A stretch of 64,000 bases of DNA, from NCBI GenBank assembly GCA_030390025.1, contig CM059432.1:23004001-23068000 (forward strand), given 5' to 3'. Origin of the DNA: Squalus acanthias. Its lineage: Eukaryota. This document shows, in pieces, positions 11,735-24,445 of this stretch. The notes under the pieces were generated by a model that saw only the letters and a list, made by a program, of their open reading frames with translations, did not search any database and was not told the origin of the DNA. Position numbers and translations under genes: made by a program. The number at the start of each line of letters is the position of its first letter. The stretch's first letter is position 1.

Positions 11735-13420
11735 AACAACAACAACAACTTGTATTTATATAGCGCCTTTAACGTAATAAAAAGTACCAAGGCGCTTCAC
11801 AGGTGTATTATAAGACAAAAAATTTGACACCGAGCCACATAAGGAGAAATTAGGGCAGGTGACCAAAAGCTTGGTCAAAGAAGTAGGTTTTAAAGAGCAT
11901 CTTAAAGGAGGAAAGAGAGGTAGCGAGGCAGAGAGGTTTAGGCAGGGAATTCCAGACCTTAGGGCCTAGGCAACAGAAGGCACGGCCACTAACGATTGAG
12001 CGATTATTATCAGGGATGCTCAAGAGGGCAGAATTAGAGGAGCGCAGATATCTCGGGGGGTTGTGGGGCTGAAGGAGATTACAGAGATAGGGAGGGGCGA
12101 GGCCATGGAGGAATTTGAAAACAAGGAGGAGAATTTTGAAATCGAGGCATTGCTTAACCGGGAGCCAATGTAGGTCAGCGAGCACAGGGGTGATGAGCGA
12201 ACGGGACTTGGTGCGTATTAGGATGTGGGCAGCCGAGTTTTGGGTGACCTCAAGTTTAGGTAGGGTAGAATGTGGGAGGCCAACCAGGAGTGCGTTGGAA
12301 TAGTCAAGTCTAGAGGTAACAAAGGCATGGATGAGAGTTTCAGCAGCGGATGAGCTGAGGCAAGGGCGGAGACAGGCGATGTTATGGAGGTGGAAATATG
12401 CGGTCTTAGTTATGTCGCGGGTATGTGGTCAGAAGCTCATTTCAGGGTCAAATATGACACCAAGGTTGTGAACAGTGTGGTTCAGCCTCAGACAGATGTT
12501 AGGGAGAGGGATGGAGTCAATGGCTAGGGAACGGAGTTTGTGGAGGGGATCAAAAACAATGGCTTCGGTTTTCCCAATATTTAATTGGAGAAAATTTCTG
12601 CTCATCCAGAACTGGATGTTGGACAAGCAGCCTGACAATTTAGGGACTGTGGAGGGGTCGAGAGAAGTGATAGTGGGGTGGAGCTGGGTGTCGTCAGCGT
12701 ACATGTGGAAACTGACGCTGTGTTTTCGGATGATGTCGCCAGGAGGCAGCATGTAGATGAGAAATAGGAGGAGGCCAAGGATAGATCCTTGGGGGACACC
12801 AGAGGTAACGATGCGGGAGCGGGAAGAGAAGCCATTGCAGGTGATTCTCTGGCTACGATTAGATAGATAAGAATGGAACCAGGCGAATGCAGTCCCACCC
12901 AGCTGGATGATGGTGGAGAGGCGTTTTCTGTTTGTATTTCAGATTTCCAGCATCCACAGTATTTTGCTTTTGAGGATGAGAAGTTGTTTGGTGTTAAGGC
13001 TGAGGGAGCGAAACAGTGAAGATATCTCGGTAATAACATTTTTGTGGTACTTGGGTGGGCGGTAGAGAACGAGAATTTTAAATGAGTGCTGAGAGGGGTG
13101 GAATAAGGTGAGATGCTCAAAGGAGGAGAAAGTGCCGGAGGAGTAGGGACACAGACCAAGGTGTGATTTGGTGATGAGAGCCACACCACCACCACGGCGG
13201 TCTGAGCGGGGCAAGTGGTGGAAGGTATAGCCAGATGGGGAGGCTTCATTTAAGGGTAAGGTGTCATCACCCTTCAACCAAGTTCCCGTCAGGGCCATGA
13301 TGTCGATGCAATCATCCACGCTAAGCTCATGGATGGCAAGAGCCTTGTGCGCAAGTGAACGGACATTCTGGAGGGAGATGTAGGGAAGGTCGGTGATGGC
13401 TGACCCACTGCCAGTGTCCA
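11735..13420 (-). mobile_element. L2-clade LINE with internal deletion (APE fragment, RT C-terminus, (TTG)n tail)
   Basis: ORFs contain HMYADDTQL, LHWLPV and LQNVRSL...MALTGTWL (endonuclease). aacaacaac tail at 11735. Confidence 0.88.
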
Positions 13421-13589
13421 CAGGGTCAGCACTGATGAGGATTAGTTGGACGGGGAGGAGATTGGCAAGATTTGCCCCCAGTGGGAGTGCTGGGCGGGAA
13501 AGTTGGCGAGAGAGTAGGATGGGGCATTTGGGGTTGCTGCTCTAGTGGAAATAGTCCCTGTTTCTTAAGTCTCTCTTCATACATGTAGT

Positions 13590-14070
13590 TTTTTTTTACT
13601 TGTTCTTGGGATGTGTATGACACGGGCAAGGCCACAATTATCGCCCATCTTAGTTTCCCCGAGAAGGTGGTGGTGGTGGTGGACTTTCAGTTTGAACTGA
13701 TGCAGTCCTTGTGATGATGGTGCTTCCACAATGGTCTTATGTAGGGCATTCCAGGATTCTGACTGAGCGACACTGAAGTCAGGATGATGGTGTTCCTACA
13801 ACATTGCTGGTCTTGTTCTTCTTGATGGTAGAGCTCACAGGCGAGGAAGGTGATGCTAAAGTAACCTTGGTGAGTTGCTGTAGTGCATCGTGTAGATCGT
13901 ACATACAGCATCTACATGTGAGCCAAGGGTGGAGGGAGTGGATATTGAGTCCAGTGGCAGTGGCACCAGTCAAGTTAACCACTGTGTCCTGGATGGTGTT
14001 GAGCTTCTTGAGTGTGTTGTGGTTGCACCCATCCAGGTGAGTGGTGAGTATTCCATCACAGTCTTGAATT
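13590..14070 (-). mobile_element. Older, degenerate copy of the 16718-family LINE 3' end
   Basis: Gapped similarity to 1165-1700. Confidence 0.65.
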
Positions 14071-14267
14071 AGATCGGTAATTGACTAAAGTTTCCCAGCC
14101 CTGATGTCATCCTGGTGAATCTACGCTGCATGCCCTCTATGGCTTTAATATCCTTCATAATGGAGTTACCAAAATTGCACACTTTACTCCAACTGTAGCC
14201 TAGCTATTGCTTTTAGCATTGCCATTTGCTATTTTAATCTAAGACCCTATTTATAAAACCCAAAATG

Positions 14268-15797
14268 CTATTGGTAGTGGGGAAGCTTTTAGAAACGATA
14301 ATCTGGGACAAAATTAACAGTAACTTGGACAAGTGTGGATTAATTAAGGAAAGCCAGTACGGATTTGTTAAAGACAAATCATGTTTAACTAAATTGATTG
14401 AGTTTTTTGAAGAGGTAACAGAGAGGGTTGATGAGGGCGATGTGATTGATGTGGTGTACATGGACTTTCAAATGGCATTTGATAAAGTGCCACATAATAG
14501 GCTTCCCAGCAAAGTTGAAGCCCATGGAATAAAAGGGACAGTGGCAGCATGGATATGAAATTGGCTAAGTGACAGGAAACAGAGAGTAGTGGTGAACGGT
14601 TGTTTTTCAGACTGGAGGAAGGTATACAGTGGTGTTCCCCAGGGGTCGGTATTAGGACCACTGCTTTTCTTGATATATATTAATGACTTGGACTTGGGTG
14701 TACAGGGCACAATATCAAAATTTGCAGCTTACACAAATCTTGGAAGTATCGTGAACAGTGAGGAGGATAGTGATAGACTTCAAGAGGACATAGACAGGCT
14801 GGTGGAATGGGCAGACACGTGGCAGATGAAATTTAATGCAGAAAAGTGCGAAGTGATACATTTTGGTTGGAAGAACAAGGAGAGGCAATATAAACTAAAG
14901 GGTATAATTCTAAAGGGGGTGCACGAACAGAGAGACCTGGGGGTATATGTGCAGAAATCGTTGAAGGTGGCAGGGCAGGTTGAGAAAGCGGTTAAAAAAG
15001 CATACAGGATCCTGGGCTTCATAAATAGAGGTCATGATGCGGAGATGCCGGTGTTGGACTGGGGTGGACAAAATTGAGAGGTCGCACAACACCAGGTTAT
15101 AGTCCAACAGTTTTATTTGAAATCACAAGCTTTCGGAGCTATCGATTTGCTCCTTCCTCAGGTGAAGTGGTGTTGTGCGACCTCTCAATTTCATAAATAG
15201 AGGCATAGAGTACAAAAGCAAGGAAGTTAAGATGAACCTTTATAAAACACTGGTCTGACCTCAACTGGAGTACTGTGTCCAATTCTGAGCACCACACTTT
15301 AGGAAGGATGTGAAGGCTTTAGAGAAGGTGCAGAAAAGATTTACAGGAATGGTTCCAGGGATGAGGGACTTCAGTTACGTGGATAGACTGGAGAAGCTGG
15401 GGTTGTTCTCCTTAGAGCAGAGAAGGTTGAGAGGAGATTTGATAGAGGTGTTCAAAATCACGAGGGGTCTAGACAGAGTAGATAGAGAGAAACTGTTCCC
15501 ATTGGCGGAAGGGTCGAGAACCAGAGGACACAGATTTAAGGTGATTGGCAGAAGAACCAAAGGTGACATGAGGAAAAACATTTTTACACAATGAGTGGTT
15601 AGGATCTGGAATGCACTGCCCCAGATTCAATCGTTGCTTTCAAAAGGGAATTGGATAAGTACCTGAAGGAAAAAAAAATTGCAGGGCTACGGGGAAAGGG
15701 CGGGGGAGTGGGACTAGCTGAAGTGCTCTTGCAAAGAGCTGGCACGGGTTCAACGGGCCGAATGGCCTCCTTCTGTGCTGTAACCATTCCATGATTG
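14268..15797 (+). mobile_element. CR1 LINE RT fragment interrupted by a Penelope-like insertion
   Basis: KSCLTKLIEFFEEV, DFQMAFDKVPH, GVPQGSVLGP and RRLRGDLIEVFKI motifs. Internal stops. CR1 tail. Confidence 0.92.
15032..15189 (-). mobile_element. Short Penelope-like element (PLE) end with hammerhead motif
   Basis: 14-bp TSD ttcataaatagagg (15018-15031 / 15190-15203). Short inverted end. Homologous to 19288-19546 and 49641-50172. Confidence 0.8.
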
Positions 15798-16107
15798 CCT
15801 ATTTTGTGGCTTTAACTACCTGCACTCAAACTTTTAAGGAATTCTGTATTTGAACCCTTTAGTTTCTTTGTTCATCCATACCATTCAACATCTTTCTTTT
15901 GAGTATATAACTTTCATTCTTATGTTTTCCTCCAAAATGTATACATCACACTTCTCTGCATTAAATTGCCCATTCCGTTGCCCACCTGTCTGCCCATTCT
16001 GCTAACATGTATATGTTCCCTGAAGTCTTTTACAATCTGCATTACCGTTTTATGTCACCAGTAAATTTCAAGATTGTGATCCTCATGCCCAATTCCAAAT
16101 CATCCAG

Positions 16108-16128
16108 ATATATATATATATATATATA
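16108..16128. repeat. (TA)n microsatellite
   Basis: Seen directly in the sequence. Confidence 0.9.
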
Positions 16129-16717
16129 GGTAGGAATACAGATAAGAAAAGCCCAGCACTGTGGCAACCAACTACCCACTTCCCATCAATGTGAGAAGGG
16201 GACAGAGACTCAGGAATATCACTGGATGAAGAAAGGGAGAGTTTTACACAGAGGGTTATTAGAACATGGAATACCTTACCACAAGTGGATACTGAGGCAA
16301 AAACTATAGCATCATTTAAAAGGAAATTGGATAAATACTCAAAAAAGAAAAAGATAAAAGGATATGGGGAAAGAGCAGGAAAACACGATTAGTCTGCCTA
16401 AGTTAAGGTGCTTGCACATTCACATTCACATTCACATGTACAGAATGGCCTCCTTCTGTGCTGTAATTTCTATTATTCTAGTGGCTAATAATAGAATAGC
16501 ACGGACTGACGTCTGGAAGCAAGTGCTGCCTTATTTGTTGGGGATGATAATCCTGTAGTTCTGATACAGACCCTTTTTGCAATTTGTTAAACATTGTTTA
16601 ACAATATCTAATTTGCAATTAGTTAACTCATCATTAAGAGGTGATTTTGAAATTAAATGCAACCTTGGTGAGATCATTAGTATTGCGAGTATTGTGTCCA
16701 GTGTTAATCCCAGAGCA

Positions 16718-19700
16718 GGGAATGGTAGCGCAGTGTTAATGTCACTGGGCTAATCATCCAGAGGCCTGGACTAATGATCCAGAGACGTGAGTTCAAATCC
16801 CACCACGGCAGCTGGGGAATTTAAATTCAGTTAATTAAATATCAAATAAATAAATAAATCTGGAATAATTACTAGTATCAGTAATGGTAACCATGAAACT
16901 ATCGGATTGTCATAAAAACCCATCTGGTTCACTAATGTCCTTTAGGGAAGGAAGTTTGCAGTCTTTAACTGGTCTGGCCTATATGTGACTCCAGACCTAC
17001 AGCAATGTGGCTGACTCTTAACTGCCCTCTGAAATGGCCTAGCCATTGTAACAAACTGCTACGAAACAAAATAATAAGAATGAAACCGACCTCGGCACTG
17101 GCTACGGACACGGCAATGGCACGCCCAGTCGACCCTGCAAAGACCTCCCCACTGACATCTGTGGACTTTTGCCAAAATTGGGAGAGCTGTCCCACAGACT
17201 AGTCAAGCAACAGCCTGACATAGTCATACTTACAGAATCATACCTTTCAGCCAATGTCCCAGACTCCTCCATCACCATCCCTGGGTATGTCCTGTCCCAT
17301 CAGCAGGACAAACCCACCAGGGGTGGCGGCACAGTGGTATACAGTCGGGAAGGAGTGGCCCTGGGAGTCTTCAACATTGATTCCGGACCCCATGAAGTCT
17401 CATGGCTCCAGGTCAAACATGGGCAAGGAAACCTCCTGCTGATTACCACCTACCGCCTTCCCTCAGCTGATGAATCAGTACTCCTCCATGTTGAACACCA
17501 CTTGGAAGAAGCACTGAGACTAGCAAGGGCACAGAATGTACTCTGGGTGGGGGACTTCAATGTTCATCACCAAGAGTGGCTCGGTAGCACCACTACTGAC
17601 CGAGCTGGCCGAGTCCTGAAGGACATCGCTGCCAGTCTAGGCCTGCGACAGGTGGTGAGAGAACCAAAACGAGGGAAAAACCTACTTGACCTCGTCCTCA
17701 CCAACCTACCTGTCGCAGATGCATCTGTCCATGACAATATTGGTAGCGGTGACCACTGCACAGTCATTGTGGAGACGAAGTCCCGTCATCACACTGAGGA
17801 CACCCTCTATGGTGTTGTTTGGCACTACCACCGTGCTAAATGGGATAGATTCAGAACAGATCTAGCAGCTCAAAACTGGGCATCCATGCGGCGCTGTGAG
17901 CCATCAGCAGCAGCAGAATTGCATTCCACCACAATCTGTAACCTCATGGCCTGGCATATCCCTCACTCTACCATTACCATCAAGCCAGGGGACCAACCCT
18001 GGTTCAATGAGGAGTGTAGAAGAGCATGCCAGGAGCAGCACCAGGCGTACCTAAAAATGAGGTGCCAACCTGGGGAAGCTGCAACACAGGACTACATGCA
18101 TGCTAAAAAGCGGAAGCAGCATGCTATAGACAGGGCTAAACGATCCCACAATCAACGGATCAGATCAAAGCTCTGCAGTCCTGCCACATCCAGTCGTGAA
18201 TGGTGGTGGACCATTAAACAATTAACAGGAGGAGGAGGCTCCATGAATATCCCCATCCTCAATGATGGTGGAGCCCAGCACATGAGTACAAAAGACAAGG
18301 CTGAAGCGTTTAGCAGCCAGAAGTGCCGAGTGGATGATCCATATCGGCCTACTCCTGAGGTCCCCACCATCGCAGAAGCCAGTCTTCAGCCAATTAGATT
18401 CACTCCACGTGATATCAAGAAACGGCTGTGAGCACTGGATACAGCAAAGGCTATGGGCCCCGACAACATCCCGGCTATTGTGCTGAAGACTTGTGCTCCA
18501 GAAACTAGCCGCACCTCTAGCCAAGCTGTTCCAGTACAGCTACAACACGGGCATCTATCCGACAATGTGGAACATTGCCCAGGTATGTCCTGTCCACAAA
18601 AAGCAGGACAAATCCAACCCGGCCAATTACCGCCCCATCAGTCTACTCTCAATCATCAGCAAAGTGATAGAAGGTGTCATCGAAAGTGCGATCAAGCGGC
18701 ACTTACTCACCAATAACCTGTTCACTGATGCCCAGTTTGGGTTCTGCCAAGACCACTCGGCTCCCGACCTCGTTACAGCCTTGGTCAAAACATGGACAAA
18801 GGAGCTGAATTCCAGAGATGAGGTGAGAGTGACTGCCCTTGACATCAAGGCAGCATTTGACCGAGTGTGGCATCAAGGAGCTCTGGTAAAACTGAAGTCA
18901 ATGGGAATCGGGGGGGAAACGCTCCACTGGCTGGAGTCATACCTAGCACAAAGGAAGATTGTTGTGGTGGTTGAAGGTCAATCATCACAGCCCCAGGACA
19001 TTGCTGCAGGAGTTCCTCAGGGCAGTGTCCTAGACCCAACCATCTTCAGCTGCTTCATCAATGACCTTCCCTCCAACATAAGATCAGAAATGGGGATGTT
19101 CGCTGATGACTGCACAGTGTTCAGCGCCATTCACAATAATGAAGCAGTCAATGCCCGCATGCAACAAGACTTGGACAACGTTCAGGCTTGGGCTGATAAG
19201 TGGCAGGTAACATTCACATCACAGGAGTGCCAGGCAATGACTATCTCCAACAAGCGAGAGTCTAACCACCTCCCCTTGATATTCAACAAAAATGAGAAGT
19301 CGCACAACACCAGGTTATAGTCCAACAGATTTATTTAAAATTACAAGCTTTCGGAGCTGTCGCCCCTTCGTCAGGTAAAGGTGCAATGAAGGAATCCACA
19401 ATATTACACAGCTCCGAAAGCTTGTAATTTTAAATAAATCTGTTGGACTATAACCTGGTGTTGTGCGACTTCTCATTTTTGTCCACCCGAGTCCAACACC
19501 GACATCTCCGCATCATGACCACTATTCCTGGCCAGGATGGAGATGATTGATATTCAACGGCATTACCATCGCCGAATCCCCCACCATCAACATCCTGGGG
19601 GTCACCATTGACCAGAAACTTAATTGGACCAGCCACATAAATACTGTGGCAACAAGAGCAGGTCAGAGGCTAGGTATTCTGCAGCAAGTGTCTCACCTCC

Positions 19701-20263
19701 TGACTCCCCAAAGCCTTTCCACCATCTACAAGGCACAAGTAAGGAGTGTGATGGAATACTCTCCACTTGCCTGGATGAGTGCAGCTCCAACAACACTCAA
19801 GAAGCTCGACACCATCCAGGACAAAGCAGCCCGCTTGAGTGGCACCCCATCCACCACCTTAAACATTCACTTCCTCCACCACTGGCGTACCGTGGCTGCA
19901 GTGTGTACCATCTACAAGATGCACTGCAACAACTCGCCAAGGCTTCTTCGGTAGCACCTCTCAAACCCACGACCTCTTCCACCTCGAAGGACAAGGGCAG
20001 CAACCATATGTTAACACCACCACCTCCAAGTTCCCCTCCAACTCACACACCATCCTGACTTAGAAGTATATCGCCGCTCCTTCATTGTCGCTGGGTCAAA
20101 ATCCTGGAACTCCCTACCTAACAGCACTGTGGGAGTATCTTCACCACACGGACTGCAGCATTTCAAGAAGGTGGCTCACCACCACCTTCTCAAGGGCAAT
20201 TAGGGATGGGCAATAAATGCTGGCCTTGCCAGCGATGCCCACATCCCATAAACAAATAAAATA
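16718..20263 (+). mobile_element. Near full-length LINE (CR1 group, possibly Zenon-like) with tRNA-SINE head and a disrupted APE-RT ORF
   Basis: A box TAGCGCAGTG at 16726 and B box GTTCAAATCC at 16791. APE motifs ILTESYL, GDFNVHH, LDLVLTN and GDHC. RT motifs ALDIKAAFDRVWH, GVPQGS and FADD. Stop at 18429, frameshift near 18503, PLE insert at 19288. A-rich tail. Confidence 0.9.
19288..19546. mobile_element. Inverted-repeat PLE insertion with hammerhead motif
   Basis: 12-bp TSD ttgatattcaac (19276-19287 / 19547-19558). Inverted arms at about 19288-19360 and 19408-19481. Confidence 0.82.
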
Positions 20264-21716
20264 ACTTAGAGGATTGAGCAATGAAGATTGATTGTGTATG
20301 CTGGGATTTTCTCTCTTGAAACAAAAAGACTAAGGGGAGACTGGATATAAGTTTATGAAGGGTTACTGTATGTTTGATACAGTACACAGATTTCCAGAAT
20401 GATAGGGTATATCTGAGATTTGTATCGAATCATAGAATCATACAGCACAGAAGGAGGCCATTTGGCCCATTGTGCCTATGGCGGCTCTTTGATAGAGTTT
20501 GCCAATTAATCCCACTACCCTGCTGTTTCCCCATAACCCTGTAATGTTTTTTTTCCTGTCATATCTATTTGTATAAGATAACGAAAGCTAAATAGGCAAT
20601 CTTGTGTTCACAAAAGGGTGATCAACATTTGAAACAAACTTTCAGGTGTTTGAACAGGAAACTTTAAATGGTTTTGAGAAAGCTCCAGGCATCTGACAGG
20701 ATTCAGTTGTTAAACTGTATAATTGATTTTACCTAAAAACCCAACTATTCGCCCAATATAAATTGGAATGTAGCTTTGTCACTCATCTGTGGTCATTTTT
20801 CACCTCAGTGACCACCACTTATCCTCGCACGTGCATCGACATACTTGGAGATCACTAGTGAAATGTTGTCCAGTCTAATCAGTGCAGCTCAGTAACGTCT
20901 CTGCCTTTGACTGCTGACAGCCGCCAGACTGTCGGCACTCAGCACTCGACTAGTGAGCAGAGATTGGTGCAGACAGTCATTCACAACATAAAGATTGCCA
21001 AGTACAGGGTTAGAGATTGGCCTGTCGTACTGTACTTTGGCAGAAGTCTTTTTCTATTAGAAGCAATGAATAATTTTATACAGTAACAGAACTGATATTT
21101 AACTGTTATAGTCTAGTATTTACTGTTCCCCAACGTGCAGCTTTAACAACAGTGGGAAACTTGGATAACTGGTTGTCTTCTCTCCCGCCCAACTCCCTCC
21201 TGTCCCCCCACCCCCACACCCGTCTACTAGACTAATAGGGATTAAATTAACGAATGACCTCAGCCCTTGGCACCTATCTTTACTGGCTGTAAGGGGGGGA
21301 AGTCATTAGTTCTGACAGTCCATGTTTAGTGAGGCATGTCTCTCTCCGTATATATACCACCATTTTATTTAAAGGGAAAATACCCATAAAACTGCGCGAG
21401 GCCAAATTCAGAATTTCCTGATTTAATCTAAAATGGTTCAATAGGAATCAGTCCGGATATACATTTGATGCTCATTCTTAAACTGAAAGATGCATCTGTT
21501 ATGTTTTCTTGGCTTCATTGCAAATTTTTCTCTCAAAGTCAATGCTAAAGACCACACACAATAATAATTCGTCACTCCTATGAACCAGAGTGTGACTCGA
21601 TATACTCAATGTCTGTCCTGTAAGCATTGTCCAGGTTTGGGTTGAACATGAACCCTTGTTAATGAATTGGCATGAGCCTTCTCGTGCTCTTCTGATGGTG
21701 GAATAATAAATACTCT

Positions 21717-22701
21717 GGGGAGAATTTTAACCTAAAAAAAATGGGTGGGTTGGGGGCGTGGGGATAGTTAGTGTGAAAAATCTGAACTGACCTGAACCCG
21801 CCTCCAACCTGCCCACTTCCGGTTTTAACGGAGGCGGGACGTTTATTTAAATATTATAATGAGGCTGGAAGCCTCTTCTTTAACCATCATTTTGTGTTTA
21901 ACTGTAGCCGGTCGGGTTTTGCACACCTTGTAAAACTCACCAAGGTGAGGATTGCTGCATTCAGGAGGTACCTTTACACCTACCTCCTGGATCCAGGATC
22001 CCTGCCTAACCCACTCCCCGCGATCAGAGACCTCCCCACTAGACCTCAATCACCCCCACTGGCCTACCCCCCAGGCCTCCCCCCCACCACCACCACCAAG
22101 CCTCCAATCACCCCCCAGGCCTCCGAAACCCACCCCCCCACTCCCACAGACCATCAATCCCTGCCCCAGGCCACCAATCCCCTTGCCAGGCCTTTGATCC
22201 CTCCACGATGCCTCTCTCCCCCCAGACCCCTGATCCATCCACGAGGCTTCCGATCCCTCCACAGGGCTTCCCCCCATCTGAGGACTCCGATTCCCCCCTA
22301 TCTTCCGGCAGCCTCGTACTGCTCCTCCAGCCCCCAATCCTCTTCGTACCCCCTGCCATCATCTTCCGGCCCCTGACTCTCTTTGGATTCCCCCTCCCCT
22401 GATCTTTCCCCGGCCCCCGATCCATTTTGGACCCCCCCCGATCTTCCCCGGCCCGAGACTCTCTTCGATCTTCTCCCAGCACAACCCCCCCCCCCACCCC
22501 CCCGCCGCGGTCCCTGCCTCCCTCCTTTGTGCGGCCTAGTGCCGCAGGCCTACCTGCCCAGAGCCAGCCAGCCTTTCAATCTGGCTGGCTGCAGGTGGGA
22601 AACAGAGGCTTCCCATGCTGGAAACCTGTTCTCCTGGGTTTCCCGACCGCCTTGGAGCCCGCCCACCCCCCCAAACTGCCTTCTCCATTAAAATTCAGCC
22701 C
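21717..22701. mobile_element. Harbinger-type MITE with C-rich internal repeats
   Basis: TIRs GGGGAGAATTTTAA / TTAAAATTCAGCCC. Homologous to 30298, 36162 and 44122. TSD not preserved. Confidence 0.7.
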
Positions 22702-23039
22702 AATATGAGGTATGTATGAATTAGATCATAAACTGCGAACCAGGTTTATTAAGTGTAAAAGTGAAACCGTAACACAAAGTCAATACAGCAAATTGCCCTT
22801 GGTTACAGAATTTCTAATTTATACCTTTTTAAGTTTTAAGGAAGTATAAGTGAGAGATTCTGTAACCATTTAAGAAACAGTTGGATGCTGCCATGTGAGG
22901 ACTTTAGGATCTTTCTGAATAGAAGAATCTAGATACACCAAATGGCCTTCCTCATCTGTAACTATCTTGTGATCTTCTGAATACAAAAGTAGCTAGGGGA
23001 GATGCAATACTTTAGGTGCAGTGGCACTTTTCTAAATGT

Positions 23040-23383
23040 CTTTATTCATTCTCGGGATGTGGGTATCATTGGCAAGGCCAGCATTTATTGCCCATCCCCA
23101 GTTGCCCTGATACAACTGAGTGGCCTGCTAGGCTACTTCAGAGAGTAGTTAAGAGTCAACCATGTTGGTGTGGGAATAAAGTCACATATAGGCCAGACCC
23201 GGTAAGTACGGTAGGTTTCCTTACCTAAAGGACCTCAGTGAATCAGTCGGGCTTTTACGACAATCTGACAGCTTCATGGTCACTTTTACTGATACCAGCT
23301 TTTTATTTCCAGATATTTTTTTAAACTGAATTCAAACTCTCAAACTACCATGGTGAGATTTGAATTCATGTTCTCTGGATTAT
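23040..23383 (-). mobile_element. Diverged copy of the head-plus-tail SINE (6706 family)
   Basis: Colinear with 6706-7040. Confidence 0.75.
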
Positions 23384-23839
23384 TATACACCCATTATACA
23401 TCCCGCCCATTTTGCTTTCCGTTGAAATCAGTTTCCCACCCTGCCAAAAGTGAAAAGTATCCCCTTTAACTTCAAAATTATTATTTTTTTCTGCAAAAAT
23501 CTCTTCCGTCTGTTTAGCTAGACAGTAAATAAAAGGGAACGTGACTTTGCATTATTACTTCCATTCTAAGCTGGTTGAGATTTGTAAAAGCTGTGCATAT
23601 TGGGACTCAGCAACGGAGAGGTAGAAGAGCTTTAGGACGCATTACGGCAAAGCGGTGGGATCTGGCGGAGGGAGAGGCGGAAGCAGTACAGCACTTTGGA
23701 TAGGAAGGGACAAAGCATTGAGACTCAGCCAGTGAGGAATCAGAGAGTATCGAAGTGAGCAGGAAGAGGGAGCTAAAGCCAAAGACCATTCTCACCCCAG
23801 GGTGTTGAGACTAAAACTTATTTGTGATGTTCAGAAAGA

Positions 23840-24445
23840 GGCTGGAATACCAAGGGGTGGAAATTATGTTAGAGCTGTATAGAACTCTGGTGAGACCCCA
23901 TCTGGAGTAACTGCATTCAGTTCTGGGCACCGCACCTCAGGTGGGATATATTGGCCTTGGAGGGAGTGCAGCGCAGATTCACCAGAATGATACTGGAGCT
24001 AAAAGGGTTAAATTGTGAGGACAGGTTGCATAGACTAGGCTTGTATTCCCTGGAATATAGAAGATTAAGGGATGATTTAATTGAGGTGTTTAAGATGATT
24101 AAAGGATTTGATAGGGTAGATAGAGAGAAACTATATCCTCTGGTGGGAGAGTCCAGAACAAGGGGCCATAACCTTAAAATTAGAGCTAGGCCGTTCAGGG
24201 ATGATGTTGGGAAGCACATCGTCACACAAAGGGTTGTGGAAATCTGGAACTCTGACCCTCAAAAAGCTGTTGAGGCTCGGTCAATTGAAAATTTCAAGAC
24301 TGAGATTGATAGATTTTTGTTAGGCAAGGGTATTAAGGGTTACGGAACCAAGGCGGGTAGATGGATTTAAGATACAGATCAGCCATGATCTAATTGAATG
24401 GTGGAACAGGCTCGAGGGGCTGAATGGCCGACTCCTGTTCCTGTG
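23840..24445 (+). mobile_element. CR1 LINE 3' fragment
   Basis: LEGVQRRFTRMI...RRLRDDLIEVFKM...TRGHNLKI followed by a CR1 tail. Confidence 0.88.

Noticed and set aside
16718..16805. Free-standing tRNA gene
   Set aside because: A and B boxes are present, but I see no full cloverleaf or T-run terminator. The sequence continues into a SINE body.
21894..22708. Pro-rich and Gly-rich ORFs that might look like collagen
   Set aside because: No Gly-X-Y periodicity. They arise from C-rich MITE repeats.
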